Source: Balanoglossus misakiensis (Eukaryota; Animalia; Hemichordata). Taken from it: a stretch of DNA of 64,000 nucleotides. The stretch is from positions 8,603,413-8,667,412 of the forward strand of contig CM082581.2 of the NCBI GenBank assembly GCA_040954595.2, given 5' to 3'. Made by a program: the position numbers and the translations under genes. Shown one piece after another: positions 37,001 through 50,400 of the stretch. Position 1 is the stretch's first letter; every line of letters starts with the position of its first letter. The notes under the pieces were generated by a model. It worked only from the letters and a program-made list of their open reading frames with translations. It was not told the origin of the DNA and did not search any database.

Positions 37001-39168
37001 TTTTTGGAAAGGTATAACAGGTGCCAGGAGTGGGTTACCAGACCAATAACGTAAATTCTCTCATCCATCTCACTAGCAGATATAACGGACTTATTTGTAA
37101 AAGAGTATCACTCACTCTCTCACTCTCTCTCTCACTCACTCACTCACTCACTCACTCACTCACTCACTCACTCACAAATCTACGTGCATTGTCACAAAGT
37201 TACAATCTACCATTTGCGATGTATCTAAAATTACGAAATAACGCATTTAAATTACTTCAATTAAACATAATTGTGCTGTAAAAACCCCTTGCAAACTTTC
37301 TGAGCTATTTGGCGAAGGTTTTAAATGCCCCATGTAACATGAGTGACATGATTCCAAGAGCTATATTTTGTTAATTAAATGCTTGCTACATAAGATTTCA
37401 GAAGCGACGGCGCCATGACACCGACCCACTACTCCAATCGTAATCCTGCTAATCTTCTAATCGTCGTACTTTGAGATGCGCATATCAAAAAAGTGAAGTC
37501 TTAATACATAAGGCTTTCTCAAAAAGTCAGTAATTCGCCTACAGTATCGTTTAAAATGGTATGGTTATCGTGGCCAGGCGTCGAGAATATGTCGAATTCT
37601 CTACATTTTTGTCGTTTGGTCGAACAATCGAGACCACCACTCTGAGCAAATTGGGGCTGTCACAATTTTACATAGAAGTGATATGACGCGTAAATTCATA
37701 AAATATGCCGAACAATAGGACGGAAATTTGCTTTAATCGGGTTCTTTCTTGGCTGCATACCAACATTCTATTGAAGTCAAGCGTGCAGTCCCTGAAGTCT
37801 GCGATTTCGGACTAAAATTGTGTTACATATATGTTCTACATATCTTCCTCAGTTGCCACCGGAATTTTTCCACAAAAATTGGAGAGTTAATTCCGGCAGA
37901 CGACAAAATCTGAAGAAAAATGCACCATTTGTTTGTTAATATTTCTCTTCCTAGTGACGTATGGCGACCGTCATTTGTTTGTTAATGTTTATTTCTATAT
38001 ATTGTGAGTGGTGTATACTGTACTATACTTACTGCTGGTCAGTTTCCGGCGCCGGCAGACTAGATACAGTGGTTAAACTAAGAGTTGACCAATGGACAGA
38101 GTACAGGTATTTTCTCGATAAATCTGCATAGTCAGTAAACAGTGAGGGGTCTGGATAGGCCCAACTGTCCAACTCTTGACCGAATCCCTCGTGTTTGGAG
38201 ATCAAGAAATAAAAACAGGCATTGTAATGTATGGCGACCAAAACGGCGTGAACGAGGTTCGCCATCCGCCACACGTTCGGCAAAGGTGTTCTCATCTCCA
38301 CCATGTGATGGAACATGACAACGCGATATAACTTACAGAGACGGTTGATTCTCAACAGGGGGTTTACTCCGACCCAAAAATAGAAGAAGTCCAGGGGCAA
38401 CAGCGCGAGAACGTCGAGGATGAAGCGCCAGTTATGGACGTAGCGCCGGGCAATTTGTCGGATGTCTTTCACCAGCACGCCACGCTCGATGTAAGTTGTA
38501 CGGAACGCTATGAAAACATCGACCACACAAACGGCGTCGAACAGGTAATCTAGGAAGAGCCATAACGGAGGGCTTTTCTCGTGAAGTTCGGTGAACGTTC
38601 CCCGGACAACGATAGTCCAGAGATTGTACACAGTCGCTATGGTTACGACGGTGTACCAGAAGAAGAGGAAGCTGCTGTCTTCTGGGTTGAAAGTCAAACC
38701 GTTTCCAGTCTGTCCTCCGCACAGGCAAGAACAGACGTCCGCTCCGGGGAAGGCTTTCGATTTCAGCTCCGAAGTCAGAATGTCAGATTCGAGGTGTATG
38801 TCAGCGTCGTCCGTGCCGTCGCCGCCATCTTCTTCGTGCAAGATGCTGACTTCGCTCGTGAACTCGCTGAACGCTTGGCTGCGCGGTCTCGGAATGGCAG
38901 TGCTGGCTCGGCTATCGCTGACCGCAGAACCACTGGTGGCCGGGCGATCGCTGTCATCGACTACGCGGCCACTGGTTTCCGTCAACGTTATCTCTTCATT
39001 GGCGGGCCGGACGGCGTTATTCGACTTGATAACCGACTTCAGCTGTTTGGCCATTTTCTGAATCCCCGACGCCACGCGGCTGTTACATTTTTCGGGATAT
39101 TCAACTTCTTCTTCTTGCCACAGGTGTGAGTCCCCGTCACCGAAATCCTCGTCATTTTCCGCCGCCAT
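31023..39168 (-). CDS. Cyclic nucleotide-gated cation channel subunit (CNG family, divergent; ~788 aa)
   Basis: Exons 39168-38033, 34131-34073, 33914-33764, 33499-33397, 33224-33070, 32879-32693, 32474-32302, 31973-31784, 31595-31488, 31127-31023, frame continuous. S1-S5 ([37 protein letters not shown]), pore [22 protein letters not shown]-linker, CNBD ([20 protein letters not shown]...FGEISVL...RRTVDV), C-terminal coiled coil. The last exons are less certain. Confidence 0.9.
32977..33018. repeat. (CAGA/CAGG)n microsatellite in a CNG intron
   Basis: Visible tetranucleotide run. Confidence 0.85.
37109..37174. repeat. (CTCA)n/(CT)n microsatellite in the first CNG coding intron
   Basis: Visible repeat. 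Confidence 0.9.
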
Positions 39169-40041
39169 CTTGGTTTCTCATACCTATAAGCAAGCAACTG
39201 AAAAACAGCAACGGTTGATATTGCAGTGGCTGTGTACCGCGCGTCTGTACCTGAATGGTGGACGGCGTCTTGTTCCAAACTTGCGACCTATCGTATGCCG
39301 AAACGGAACACTCGCCAGGTGATGTGACAGTTGCTACCGGCAACGAGGGAAGAGGTGGAGCCCCGGTGTAATGACTATTGGTCAGTTTCCGTGGAGCACG
39401 CGAAAGATGATCGGGGAGCCGGTTAGCGATATTTGAGCCCAATCTGGAGAGCAAAATAAGCTGTTAAAAGCACTGCTTGTAAAAACACACAAGCACATTG
39501 CGTTCCATTGAAAGGGAGATATAAACTTTACTTTCCCAACTACACGTCTAGCCATTACAACAAAAAACAACATACACGCATGCTCCTCTACACGCGTATA
39601 CGGTTACCGCGCTGCAGGGGAGCCGTGAAGACAGGAACTTTCACCTGCACTCGAGTGCCGGATGATGTTACCCGGTGGAAGTTGTCTGAGCGTGGTGGAA
39701 AATCCATGCATGGTGGGGTTTGCTACCATTTGTCAGAGGCAAAAGACAGAATCACACTATAAAACGCATCTATTACGCTAATCAGACCCAAATGCGATGT
39801 CTTCCCTATCGTCAGCGAAAATTGTGGCACAGATGAACTTTTTCGGCTGTCTTGTGCATTTATGTCCAATTGCTCTAACACGACTTATGTCTATCCCGCA
39901 TCTCTCTAATTTGTACGCATTCAGTCGATTTTTCACTTTAAACACGGATTTCTGCACTAGTGTTTTTCTAGACAATCACACGTCACACAAATTCCTCCTC
40001 AACAACGTTTACACTTGTACCAGCTCTCCACGCAGACGTAC

Positions 40042-40400
40042 CTCAATGCACCTGACCACTCAGTTTTCGCACGCACGACTTCGCGCTTTCATTCACCGTC
40101 TGCTTCCAATCCGCGCTTACAGGATTTCCCTTACTTCATCAATCACAGACTGACTTCTACCAGAAAACCCATCATTAACATATTCTCGGTTTCATCCACA
40201 CGCCCAACCTCGCCCCTCTCATCCTTCTCTCCAAAAAGATGCCACGCCCATCTCTCCACCAAACCCCCTTTTGCTCATAGAGGATTCGATATCGCACTCT
40301 CAATACATGCAATAGCCCGCCGCGCGATTGGCCAACGGCGACACGCGTCAGAAAAACGCGGAGTTCCAGGCCAATAGGCGCGATTGAAAATTTGACTGAT
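40042..40400 (-). promoter_or_regulatory. Probable CNG promoter and non-coding first exon
   Basis: CpG-rich stretch with CCAAT boxes (~40326, ~40371); minus-strand donor GAG|gtacgt at 40041 and acceptor ttatag| at 39184, just upstream of the CNG ATG. Confidence 0.35.
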
Positions 40401-41461
40401 GGATTGAAGGGTGATACAGAGTACAGACAAGTACAACTGACTCGAGTGAGATATGCTGAGCGACCCAGTTCCTCGTGTGCCCTGCATGCGGCAATTGCGA
40501 ATGGGAGACAACATTTTCATCTATGAAAACAACAGGAATGTATCGACTCCGACGTGAGTGGCGCTATTTCCAAATCACCTCTCGAACTCGATCATTCTCT
40601 GTGTAGTCACGGCTTTTCATTCGATTTGACTGACAAAATACCCAGTCCCTCCCTGTATAAACGTTAAAGCATAGTCCCTCCAGTTTTAGGTCACATTCTT
40701 TCCAATTCACCCCTCACACTTGTTACATCCCCGGGTTCCATCAAACAACCCGCTATCAACTTTATAGTTTCACCCCAGCCCACACTGCAGCCTGAAGGGC
40801 CCTTTGCACTGACCCTATTATTAAAGCTATCTATTCAACAGTTGAGAAAGTGCATTTTGATGAATTAAATGTTGCAGTCCCCTTTCCCCCGATATCGCAG
40901 ATTTTTTTTCGACCGCTTGGTTCTGTTTCCAGAGGAATGCACCCATACAAATGGAATGAGATGGTCTGAAGTCAAAATAGTAGAGTGATGAATAGAGATT
41001 ACACCCAATCGTGTACAAAATAACGACTTCCGTAACCTTCGAGCCAACTTTTGACAACGCAGTTGGGTATTCTCATCTCTGATTTTTTTATGATAGTGTC
41101 CTGGATGATCAGACCAGGAAATAGGGACACACAGTGGACACCATGATATGAACCATCAAAACACCGACAGCCAGTCTCCTATAGAATGCTACAGGCGATA
41201 TAATGAGTACATATTATATCCCTGCTGCGTATAATTTGGTTTTTACTTCCGCGTGACGAGTATTTCGCCTTTTCCGGGGCAAAACCATACACGTTTCGTT
41301 GTCTGACAGACTCCAGTTTTGACAAATTATCAGAAGTCATGACCTCTTCACCATCGCCGATTGGGTAGTAATGGTCACGTGTTTTCTATCTTCTTCAACA
41401 TGGCTGCCTGGATTACAACGAGAGCAAGTTCGTGAAAGAAATTTGCGAATTTGGACCAAAA

Positions 41462-44400
41462 ATGACTCGCTGGGCTCCGACCACAGACGCCAAGTTCGGC
41501 GTAGGTAAGAGACGGTTCTATCCTATCTCTGTTTGTTCGCCACTAGCATGATTTTGTCTGGAATCGGATTTTAAAAATAAGGGTGGTGCACTCTGTATTT
41601 GTCAGCCGCTCCGCGCTCTCGGATTCCGAGGCTGTGCCACTTCCTTATTCTACACCGATCACTTCCTGTTTCTACTTTCGTTCGTTAAAATGGAATATTT
41701 GCGAACGAAACATCAATTTCGTACGTAAATGATAGTTATGCAAGACGACTGTGTGATTTTACCACGGGTGACAGTGTTTTCGATGTCAGGCCCATCGCCG
41801 ATCAGCCGTGTCCAGGGCCGCTCGACTAAACGCATTCAGGTTGACCCCTGACTGAGAAATAACATAACATTAGCAACACCGCGAATCACCATGGGTCCTG
41901 CACAGTCTCCACCCAGGCCCCGGTTCTATGCGATCGCAGAGATCAAATTCGTACAACTTCAGTATTCTCACTTCAAATGTAAAACGCATTTCTTCAGTGC
42001 AGACCGGCAAAGGCCGCGACGCGACGGGGGTGTGACCGTCAAAGGGGGCGCATGCATCATCTGCTTCTCCCACGTAGGTGCCCTTGTACATTTCAAAGTG
42101 AAATTGGACCACGCAATTAGAGATGCGGTGATAATTACTAACTGGTAGCCGCCCCCTACACACCCTTGGTTTGCACCTACAACTTTTGTTTATCAAAATG
42201 CCATTGAATTTTTTTGGGATGCCCAGGGGTCAACAAGGTTATGTGATCTAGATATTCAGTCAGTCATATTGTAATCTAGGTTTGGACACAGTGGAGGGAC
42301 TGTGTTTTGGATGACAATCATAAGTGAATTAGACAATTGTTTCCATGACAACTCCAGTTGATGTTTGTGAGTTACATTTTCTGTCAATTGAATTTGTTCA
42401 TTTATGAATACATTCATGTCTGCGCTTTTTGGCAAATAATGAATGACCCTTACATTTAATAATCTAGAGTCAATGCTCCACTGAAACTACTGGTATATCA
42501 ATATTTTGTAAAGCCCCATGAAGATGCAATCAAGAAATTGAATGCTCATGTACTGAAGTACATTGTGTCGTGATTGTACATGTATCTGAATATGTCAACA
42601 AAGTGATAACCCCCCTGGGCAACTCTTGTCTTGTGACAGCTTGTGGTTTGTACACTACTCAAAACTTTACAACCCTCACTCTAGCATCAATCGTGAGTTG
42701 AGAAAATCAAAATAAGGTTACCGGTGTGCCAAGTGCTCATATTGAGAGGGGGCTATATATTTTTGTCTCTTTGTGACAAGTCGTGACATTCCAGCTGTTA
42801 TGGCTGCTCGAGCTATAACCCTTATGTCAAAGGTCAGCCACTGGTGTTGGGGTATTAGACTTTCTTGTTTTCATGCCGCTGGTCCGGGAAATAACTTTCA
42901 TAGAAGGTGTGGTCCCCTTTCCATGACCTACATTTTGTACATTATACATGCATGTCGAAATGGGGTGGGGGATGGGCTGTGTGAACAGAATGTGATTCAG
43001 AAGAACCATTGGTAACGCAAGAAAAATGTCAAAGTACTAGTGCAGTAACTGACACATCCATGTCTTTGTAACTCAGTTTTACAACAGAATGTTTTGATTA
43101 GCTGGGAAATAGTATCTGGGTTGCTATCTCAGACAGAGGCTAGGAGAGGCAATACCTATACCAACTCTGTGTTCATCATCATGAATGCCAAAATCTCCCA
43201 ACAGTTTCCCTGAGTGATATCGCCATGTGCTGTAATCTGCTAAGTCTGTTATTGATCTGTTTGACAGGAACCTTCCAGTCATATGGTGAAAATATCAATA
43301 TGCATGTACACATCAGGATATTATAATATTCATTGCATTTCAAAGTCCAGGGAGTGCCCGTATACGGTATGCAATTTCATGTGTTGCCTTGTTTCATATT
43401 ATGAAGTGTGACTGACCAAATTTGCAAGTAGTCCAGAAGTGATTTTTTCAAATCCTGATGAAAATGTAGGAAATAGTCATGCATTGGTCAAGGGGCAGGT
43501 CAGGCTTTGAATGAACAAGGAAGTTGCGTGTTTGAAATTGACAAAAAAATTGTCAAAACTGTGTCAAGCCAGAGAGGTGGGCAAGCTTTGAAATGACAAG
43601 GCTGTGATGATAACATTTTATTTATGAGGAATCTCAAGGGTGGAGTTGATGAGCTGTTCTGATTTGAATTTTGTTCACACGACGTCTCCAGCTGGAAGTT
43701 TTACACAAGGGATCCTGAAGTGTCAGCTTGATTTGAAGGGTTTGTCAGCTTGGAATTGGCAGCTTTGACAGTAGGCAGTCCTGTTCTTTGACAAGGAAGG
43801 CTAAACGCCTTAAGTTTTGATTGACCAGGAAATGCCAGTTTTGGGCTTGAGTTGACTACATACATGGCTGTAGTGTTATGATCTGAACAGTTTCATTGGT
43901 GACAAAAAAATACAACAACTCTTATATTGTATCCTACACAGCTTAACCCTTCACCCCTATCTCCCTCTATAGACTTCCAACTTCACTATAGAAAACAACA
44001 GATTTGGGCCAAACAATGGAGGTTTAAATAATGTACTGCCAGTTTGATGTACATGTGATGTATCTATGCAACTCAGGCAGGCTTGTCTGTTATACACAGT
44101 ACAGTGTACATGTATTTGTGCACCCTAGTCTACATTGTATATTTTTTCCCTGAAGATTAAACTCCCACACTTAGACTGAGTGACTCATATTGCTGCTGGC
44201 AACTGCCATAATATAACACATGCCAGAAACGTAATTATGGCCTAATAATTTATCCGATAATTATTTTTATTGGGCCAAATTCTATCACCCTGTGACTTGC
44301 TGATTTGGTTTTGAATGAACAATTTGATAATTTTCTCCGACACCCAGCTTCCCCCTGTGCAGATCTAATATTTTGTACTCCATGGTCGGTCACCGTGCAG

Positions 44401-47400
44401 TAGAGTGCACGTCAGGTGAATTGAATTACGGCCTGACAAATTCAATGTACGTTTATTCAATTGTAATGAAGCAGCATAACGTTGATATTCTGGCTTTCAG
44501 TGAGAATGAATTGCTGCAAGACGAAAGGTCCAGTAGTATTTTTTCTTGTGATAAAAGGCAGTCTTTTAACACATTAATCGTACATCTTATCACATGTATG
44601 CAGAGTGCCGTCATTTCCCTCTAGTGTAGACTGAGAGGTCGTGAAAAACAATTACTTCCAGTAGACTATTGGAATGTATTTCAAATGTGTATCTAGTGTT
44701 AATTTGCAATTCTTGGTATGCATGTATATTTTATGCATGTATCAAAGGCCTTACAAACCAGTTGCAATATTGAAATGTACCAGAAAAAATCTAGAGGTAC
44801 AGAAATGCACCCATGAAGCATACTACAAGCACTGAATGGTGAATTGTAACACCCAGAGAAACTCGCACTCAATTGTACATACATGGATAATGCCCAGCAA
44901 TTTTTGAATGACAGGGCTCCCTGTAATGTAGTGCTGGAATATTGTCCAAATTATTATACCATTTTGTGATATGATATCTAATAGATTCTGAAGATAAGGC
45001 GGTTGTGAGTGTATGTGCATGTAATTAAGTGGGTATTGCTACAATTATAGCCACGGATGTTTTTGCCTTTAGCAATATACCTGCCAATAATTTGCAAAAT
45101 TATATAATTAGTGTTATGTATGAAAGAATGGGCATATTGTCAATATGCAAATAATAAATAATTAACACTAATATTAATTAACACAGGACTATTCACTACT
45201 GTTATGTAAATTCAATTTAGCAAGTGACACGGAAACAAAGGCAAAAACCATATTAGGAAAATTGTTTATTCAAAAAACAGAAATTAGTAACAGGAGTACA
45301 CTTAATAAAAATGTCAGAGAATGGTGTTAAGACAAGACAGAGTTGTACACTAAAATTGTGTGTGTTCTGTAAACATTGCAATTCAGCAACACATTTCATC
45401 TTTCAATATGTCTCATATTTATTTATTCTGAGTCAGACATTGGCAACTGGATGCTATTCAGCTCTGTTTGATTTCATTTCTAGGAGTGTCTTCCCCATTT
45501 CAGTCTCTTTCGGAATCCTGTGATATACATGTACGTGTGCTTGTATATTTGCAGAGCAGTATTTACATAAATTGTCTGGTTGCGAAGGTTACACTTACAG
45601 CACATGGCTGTCTCCCCTCTGGGAGAGTGAGTCATCCCAAAACGGTTGGTTTCCCTATGGCCAAAAAACTGAGGGAAACAGACTGTTTGGGGGTGAGTCA
45701 CGTCCCACAGACTAAAGGGAAAACAGGCATTATATTGTTGCCTAAATATGGCCAGTCATATTTGGCATTTTGTGACACACCTCATGAAATGTGGTCCAAC
45801 CTATTTTTGGCTTCGCCATAAATACATCTATATTTTCTGAACACGAATTTACCAGTTGTGCGATTTGCACATTTTCATTGACGGCATGAATTCTGATGCA
45901 AAAGTGACCTTGATGACCTGGGTGACCTTGAAAGCATGAAAGGATAATTGGTGGTAAAGCACTGAAGACATGGCAAGAACAATTGTGGAGTTTTTCATAC
46001 GGGTTTATGAGAGAGGTCGCATCAGTGCATCTAGTTTCAGTTTGGGATTGCCTTACATTTGTAATTGAAGCAATTGGCAAACGTTATGTTTGAGTGACAC
46101 TTCTGAACCCCTGGTATCACGGGTTCAGAAGATTTGATTTCCATTCAATGTCTTTGTGTATCATCTATTTCCTTGGTATAAAAATGTACATGTGAAAGTC
46201 AGGATTGGATGCAAATATACCAATGATATACATGTACCCTGACTTTGTTCTTCTGCCAACAGCGTGCAAGTTGCATGTAGTTGGTGGCTGTTTCAGGACA
46301 AAAGCTAGACCACACTAGAATTTTGCAAAGGGCCTCATTCGCTTTCCAAATATCCACTGCCTGGGTTTATTACTGTCTTTGATCTTTGAACCCAATTGGA
46401 ATATCCAGGGCTGTAAAGTTTGAGCTGCTAATCGTGGTGGTTATGTTATTTTCAAGTATTTCTTCCTGGTTGAATCGGTCAAAATTTACATGTCTTTGTC
46501 CACTGTATTGCATTGTAATGATGACACATTCGAGTCCGTGGTGCTGTATAAATAATACACGGAACAGTCGCAAGATTATAACTACATGCATGGCTGGAAA
46601 TAGATATTCGCCTTGAAACTAAGATCTGACAGTTGGTTAAATGCAAATTACTAGTATTGCAATGTCTATAAATGAACACACACACACACAAAAATGGAAG
46701 GATAAATACAAAAAGAACCTCTTCCGTGAAAACAGACATGATGGTTGATCAAATTCCACTATCATGTTCTTAGTTCCTGCGCTTACATTTGCTGAAGAAA
46801 CTGATACCTTTCCTCTCCTGTTCCTGATATTGCTAGTTGACGTGCACAGACTTTGAGACTGCATGTGTTTGTGAACACTTTTCCATCGACCGCATCCGTC
46901 TCACTGACACAGGAAAAGAAGTATCCCATTTGTCGGTTCCTGTAGACAAAACACTGTCTCCTCTTACAGTTGAAAAGCAATATGTGGAATGGGCATGTAA
47001 ATCATTTTCTATATTTTCTTGCAGTGATCTATAACTTCTGGGGAGAGGGAGCCCAACATCTTCGTCTGTCTGTCGGCGATACTGTGCATATTCTAGAACA
47101 AAATGAAGGTAAGGATGAGAATGTATCACTATTGAAATCATCATATGACTAGAAGATCCAACAAGGTGAAATCTTCATTATTATGTGTAAAACAGCAACA
47201 GATCACTACACAGTGACTTCACCCTAACAGGAAGACACTCAGATCATAATTATGTTTTATGATTTCTCATAAAACGCTGTTGCTCATACAACGCCTGCAT
47301 TGTGTTCAGTAAGTTTGAAATGAATGTATGACACAATGAAAGATTTTCACAGGAATTAAACTGGATATTATCGTTCTGCTTTCTTTGCAGGGTGGTTTCT

Positions 47401-50400
47401 GGGATATAATACAAAATATAAAAACAGCAAGGTAAGTTATGATGAAACGATGAAACTCATCAAGATGCATTTCCTTGTGAGTGACTCTTTGGTTCAAGGT
47501 CACTCCACACAACCACACGTGGTTGGTAATGCAAAACATTCAGTGATGTGTCAGTCTCTACAGGCCTCCTCTTCAACTAAATCCATTGATTTTGTGTCAA
47601 CATCAAGGCATGTAATCATAAAGCAATGAGAGAGTAATATGCAGCTGCTGTTATAAATCATACCGTACCACCAGGAAATACAAGAAGGAAATGTTGGTCA
47701 TTTGAAAAGCAAAGCTATAAAAATAGCGAAGGAAATGGCGGTCTCTAATATGTTTAGTAACAGTTGGGCTGCTGTTGGGGGACTTACCAACATTTTATTT
47801 TTCTTTCTTCCCACAGGGAATATTTCCCCAAAACTATATTTTTGTAAAGGAGTCAAAAGTTGAGAATCGTGGGTAAGTTGTGATTCGCACATGCACTCAC
47901 TTTCACCTTTCTGGCCAGACTGACTGTTTCCTGGAGTTAAGAATCTGAGGATGTCATGATACGTATTTTGAAGACTGCACACACATGAAAAAAAGAATGT
48001 TAACCACCTCCTTTATCTGTACGTGTGCTGTGATCATTATTAAGCCTTTTTTTGTTCTCACCTGACAGGGAGAGAAATGAGTGTGTCACTCCCATAGAGC
48101 TTCCCATTGTAACAGAATTGACCACTGTACTCCGAGAATGGGGGCTGATCTGGAAGCAGTGTTATGTGGTAGGTTATCTAATCATTGTCAAAATTTGCTC
48201 CTCTCAAACTTTATACTGTGTAGCCTGCATCCCCCCTTCCTCAAGGTTATTTGCTTTCTTGACTGACAACCCCCCATTCCTCTCATCCCAGAACGGATAC
48301 ACGGACAACTTCGAAATGCTGAAAGGCATGATGTTGGACTTGCTGACTCTGAGACTGCAGATCATGTCTGGAACCCTTCCCGAAGAAGAACTGAAGGAAA
48401 TCATCCAGAGAGTGACGTCGAAGATCGACTATGGAAACAGGTACATGTGTATGTTGTAGATTGCATCGATAGAGACCTGGAAGGTTTTGCCATGTTGAGG
48501 AAGTGCCAGGGGCAGCCAGTGATCTGATCTTCTGTTTCTCCATTGATTCGATAGAATACTGGATCTTGACCTGGTTGTGCGTGATGAAGACGGTGGCATC
48601 ATTGATCCGTCGATGCACAGTGTGATAGCCGTGTTCAAGAAACATGAAGTGGCTACACAGAATATCCAAAGAGTGGAGGTAAATAGTTGTGTTCTTCTCA
48701 ATCAAATATGAATTCTAAGCCCCTAAAAGCCTAAAAAGCATTTCCTATTCTTGTGTGTTTTCAGTTCTTTTGCTCATATTGAAATGTAAGACCAGTGTTT
48801 ACATGCATTATCAATTAAATGCATTGAACTGTACGAGATAGATGGCAATTTTTTTCCACCGAAGTGTGTGATATGGCCTCTGCTGGTAGGGAAATGTTGT
48901 TAAAATACAGAACTGTTTCTTGCCTTACAGAGTGATCCCTTCAAACCAAAGAAGCAAGTTGTAGTCCACAGTTACAGCTTCTTGGTCAAGCTGAAAAACT
49001 TTGTCTGTTTTGTCGGGTCTGACGCCGAGATCTTGATGAGCTTGTATGATCCGAAAGAGGGCAGATTTATCAGGTGGGTCAAACACACTCTTGGTCAATA
49101 AAGTCAAGCAATTATTTCCATCCATGGTTGATTACATACTTGTTGAGCTTTATGGCAGCAAAATTCCAGCAAGTATTGTTCACAGAAAGTTATGTGTATG
49201 CATGGGGGAATAGAGTAGCTGGACACACCTCCGTAACTGTGGAAATATTCTCATGAATAATTAATGCCTATGAATCTCTTGTGCAGTGAGAATTACATTG
49301 TCAGATGGCCAGCAAGAGGACTTCCCAACAATTTTGAAATGTTTGAACACTGTAAAGTTGTTTTCACAGTAAGTCATATACTTTGTAATATTTCAGTTTG
49401 AATGTTTGAATTTATAGATGTCCTATTTATAGAAACACCAGTTACAACTTCAGCTGTGTTACGTACATTCATAATGACAATAATGTATTTAGACTTTTGG
49501 TAAATTGTGTAAATTTCATGTACTGCAATATTTAACTATGCCCCTGGATGTGTCTGATGACACTGCATGTCACTGCTGTTGCTGTACTGAATCACACTTT
49601 TCATTTGCTCATCACAGGATCTTGGAAGCAAGGATTTGAAACGGGAGAAGATTTTTCTGGTTTGTCAGATCATACGACTTGGTAAGATGTCCATTTTGTT
49701 TTAATAATATGCACAAATTTAGCATACATGTAGTGTTGCAATGAACCTTTGAACCCCCAAACTGTCATGTGTACAACAGAGTCTGTAACAGGCATTTCGC
49801 CAACCCTGTAAATTACTTTGGCAGTGATCTGCTCGGCAAAGGTAGCATATGGTTGTATGTACAATGTAGTGTCACAGATCTGTGGCTCCTCTGTCATCTT
49901 ATCTGTGCTGTGTTATTTCACATGATGTTTAATTGGGACATATGTTACAAGTGAGTCCTGTGATCTTTGTGTTGAAGGTTTTGAGACTAACTTCACTATT
50001 TCATTATAGGCCAACAAGGATGAAGGTTTGAGTCACCCCCCCCTCCCCCCAGACGCACACACATGCACACCCCAGCCACCACCCCTCGTATTAGAAGCCA
50101 TGCGCCAGCAGGCAGTAAAAAGATCTGCTCAATAAATTTTAAATAATTTACTGAAAACTTGTCAATTCTCCTGTGGTTCCTACTGAAGGACAACTGCTCT
50201 GCCTCAGTAAAATTTGTTTCTAAGTTTTGATCAATATTGGTAGACAGTGGAAAGTTTAAAAGTATATGTACTATGTGTGCTGTGCTGTGCAGTTTAGTGG
50301 CATTGGCAAAATTCAGCTAAGCTGTTCACAGTTGTGTTGCATTCTGCAGATTTCATAAATCCAACCATATTCGCTACACATCTTCTTATGAGACCTTTGC

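Noticed and set aside
38581-39129. 182-aa and 156-aa plus-strand ORFs
   Set aside because: Antisense to the GC-rich first CNG coding exon.
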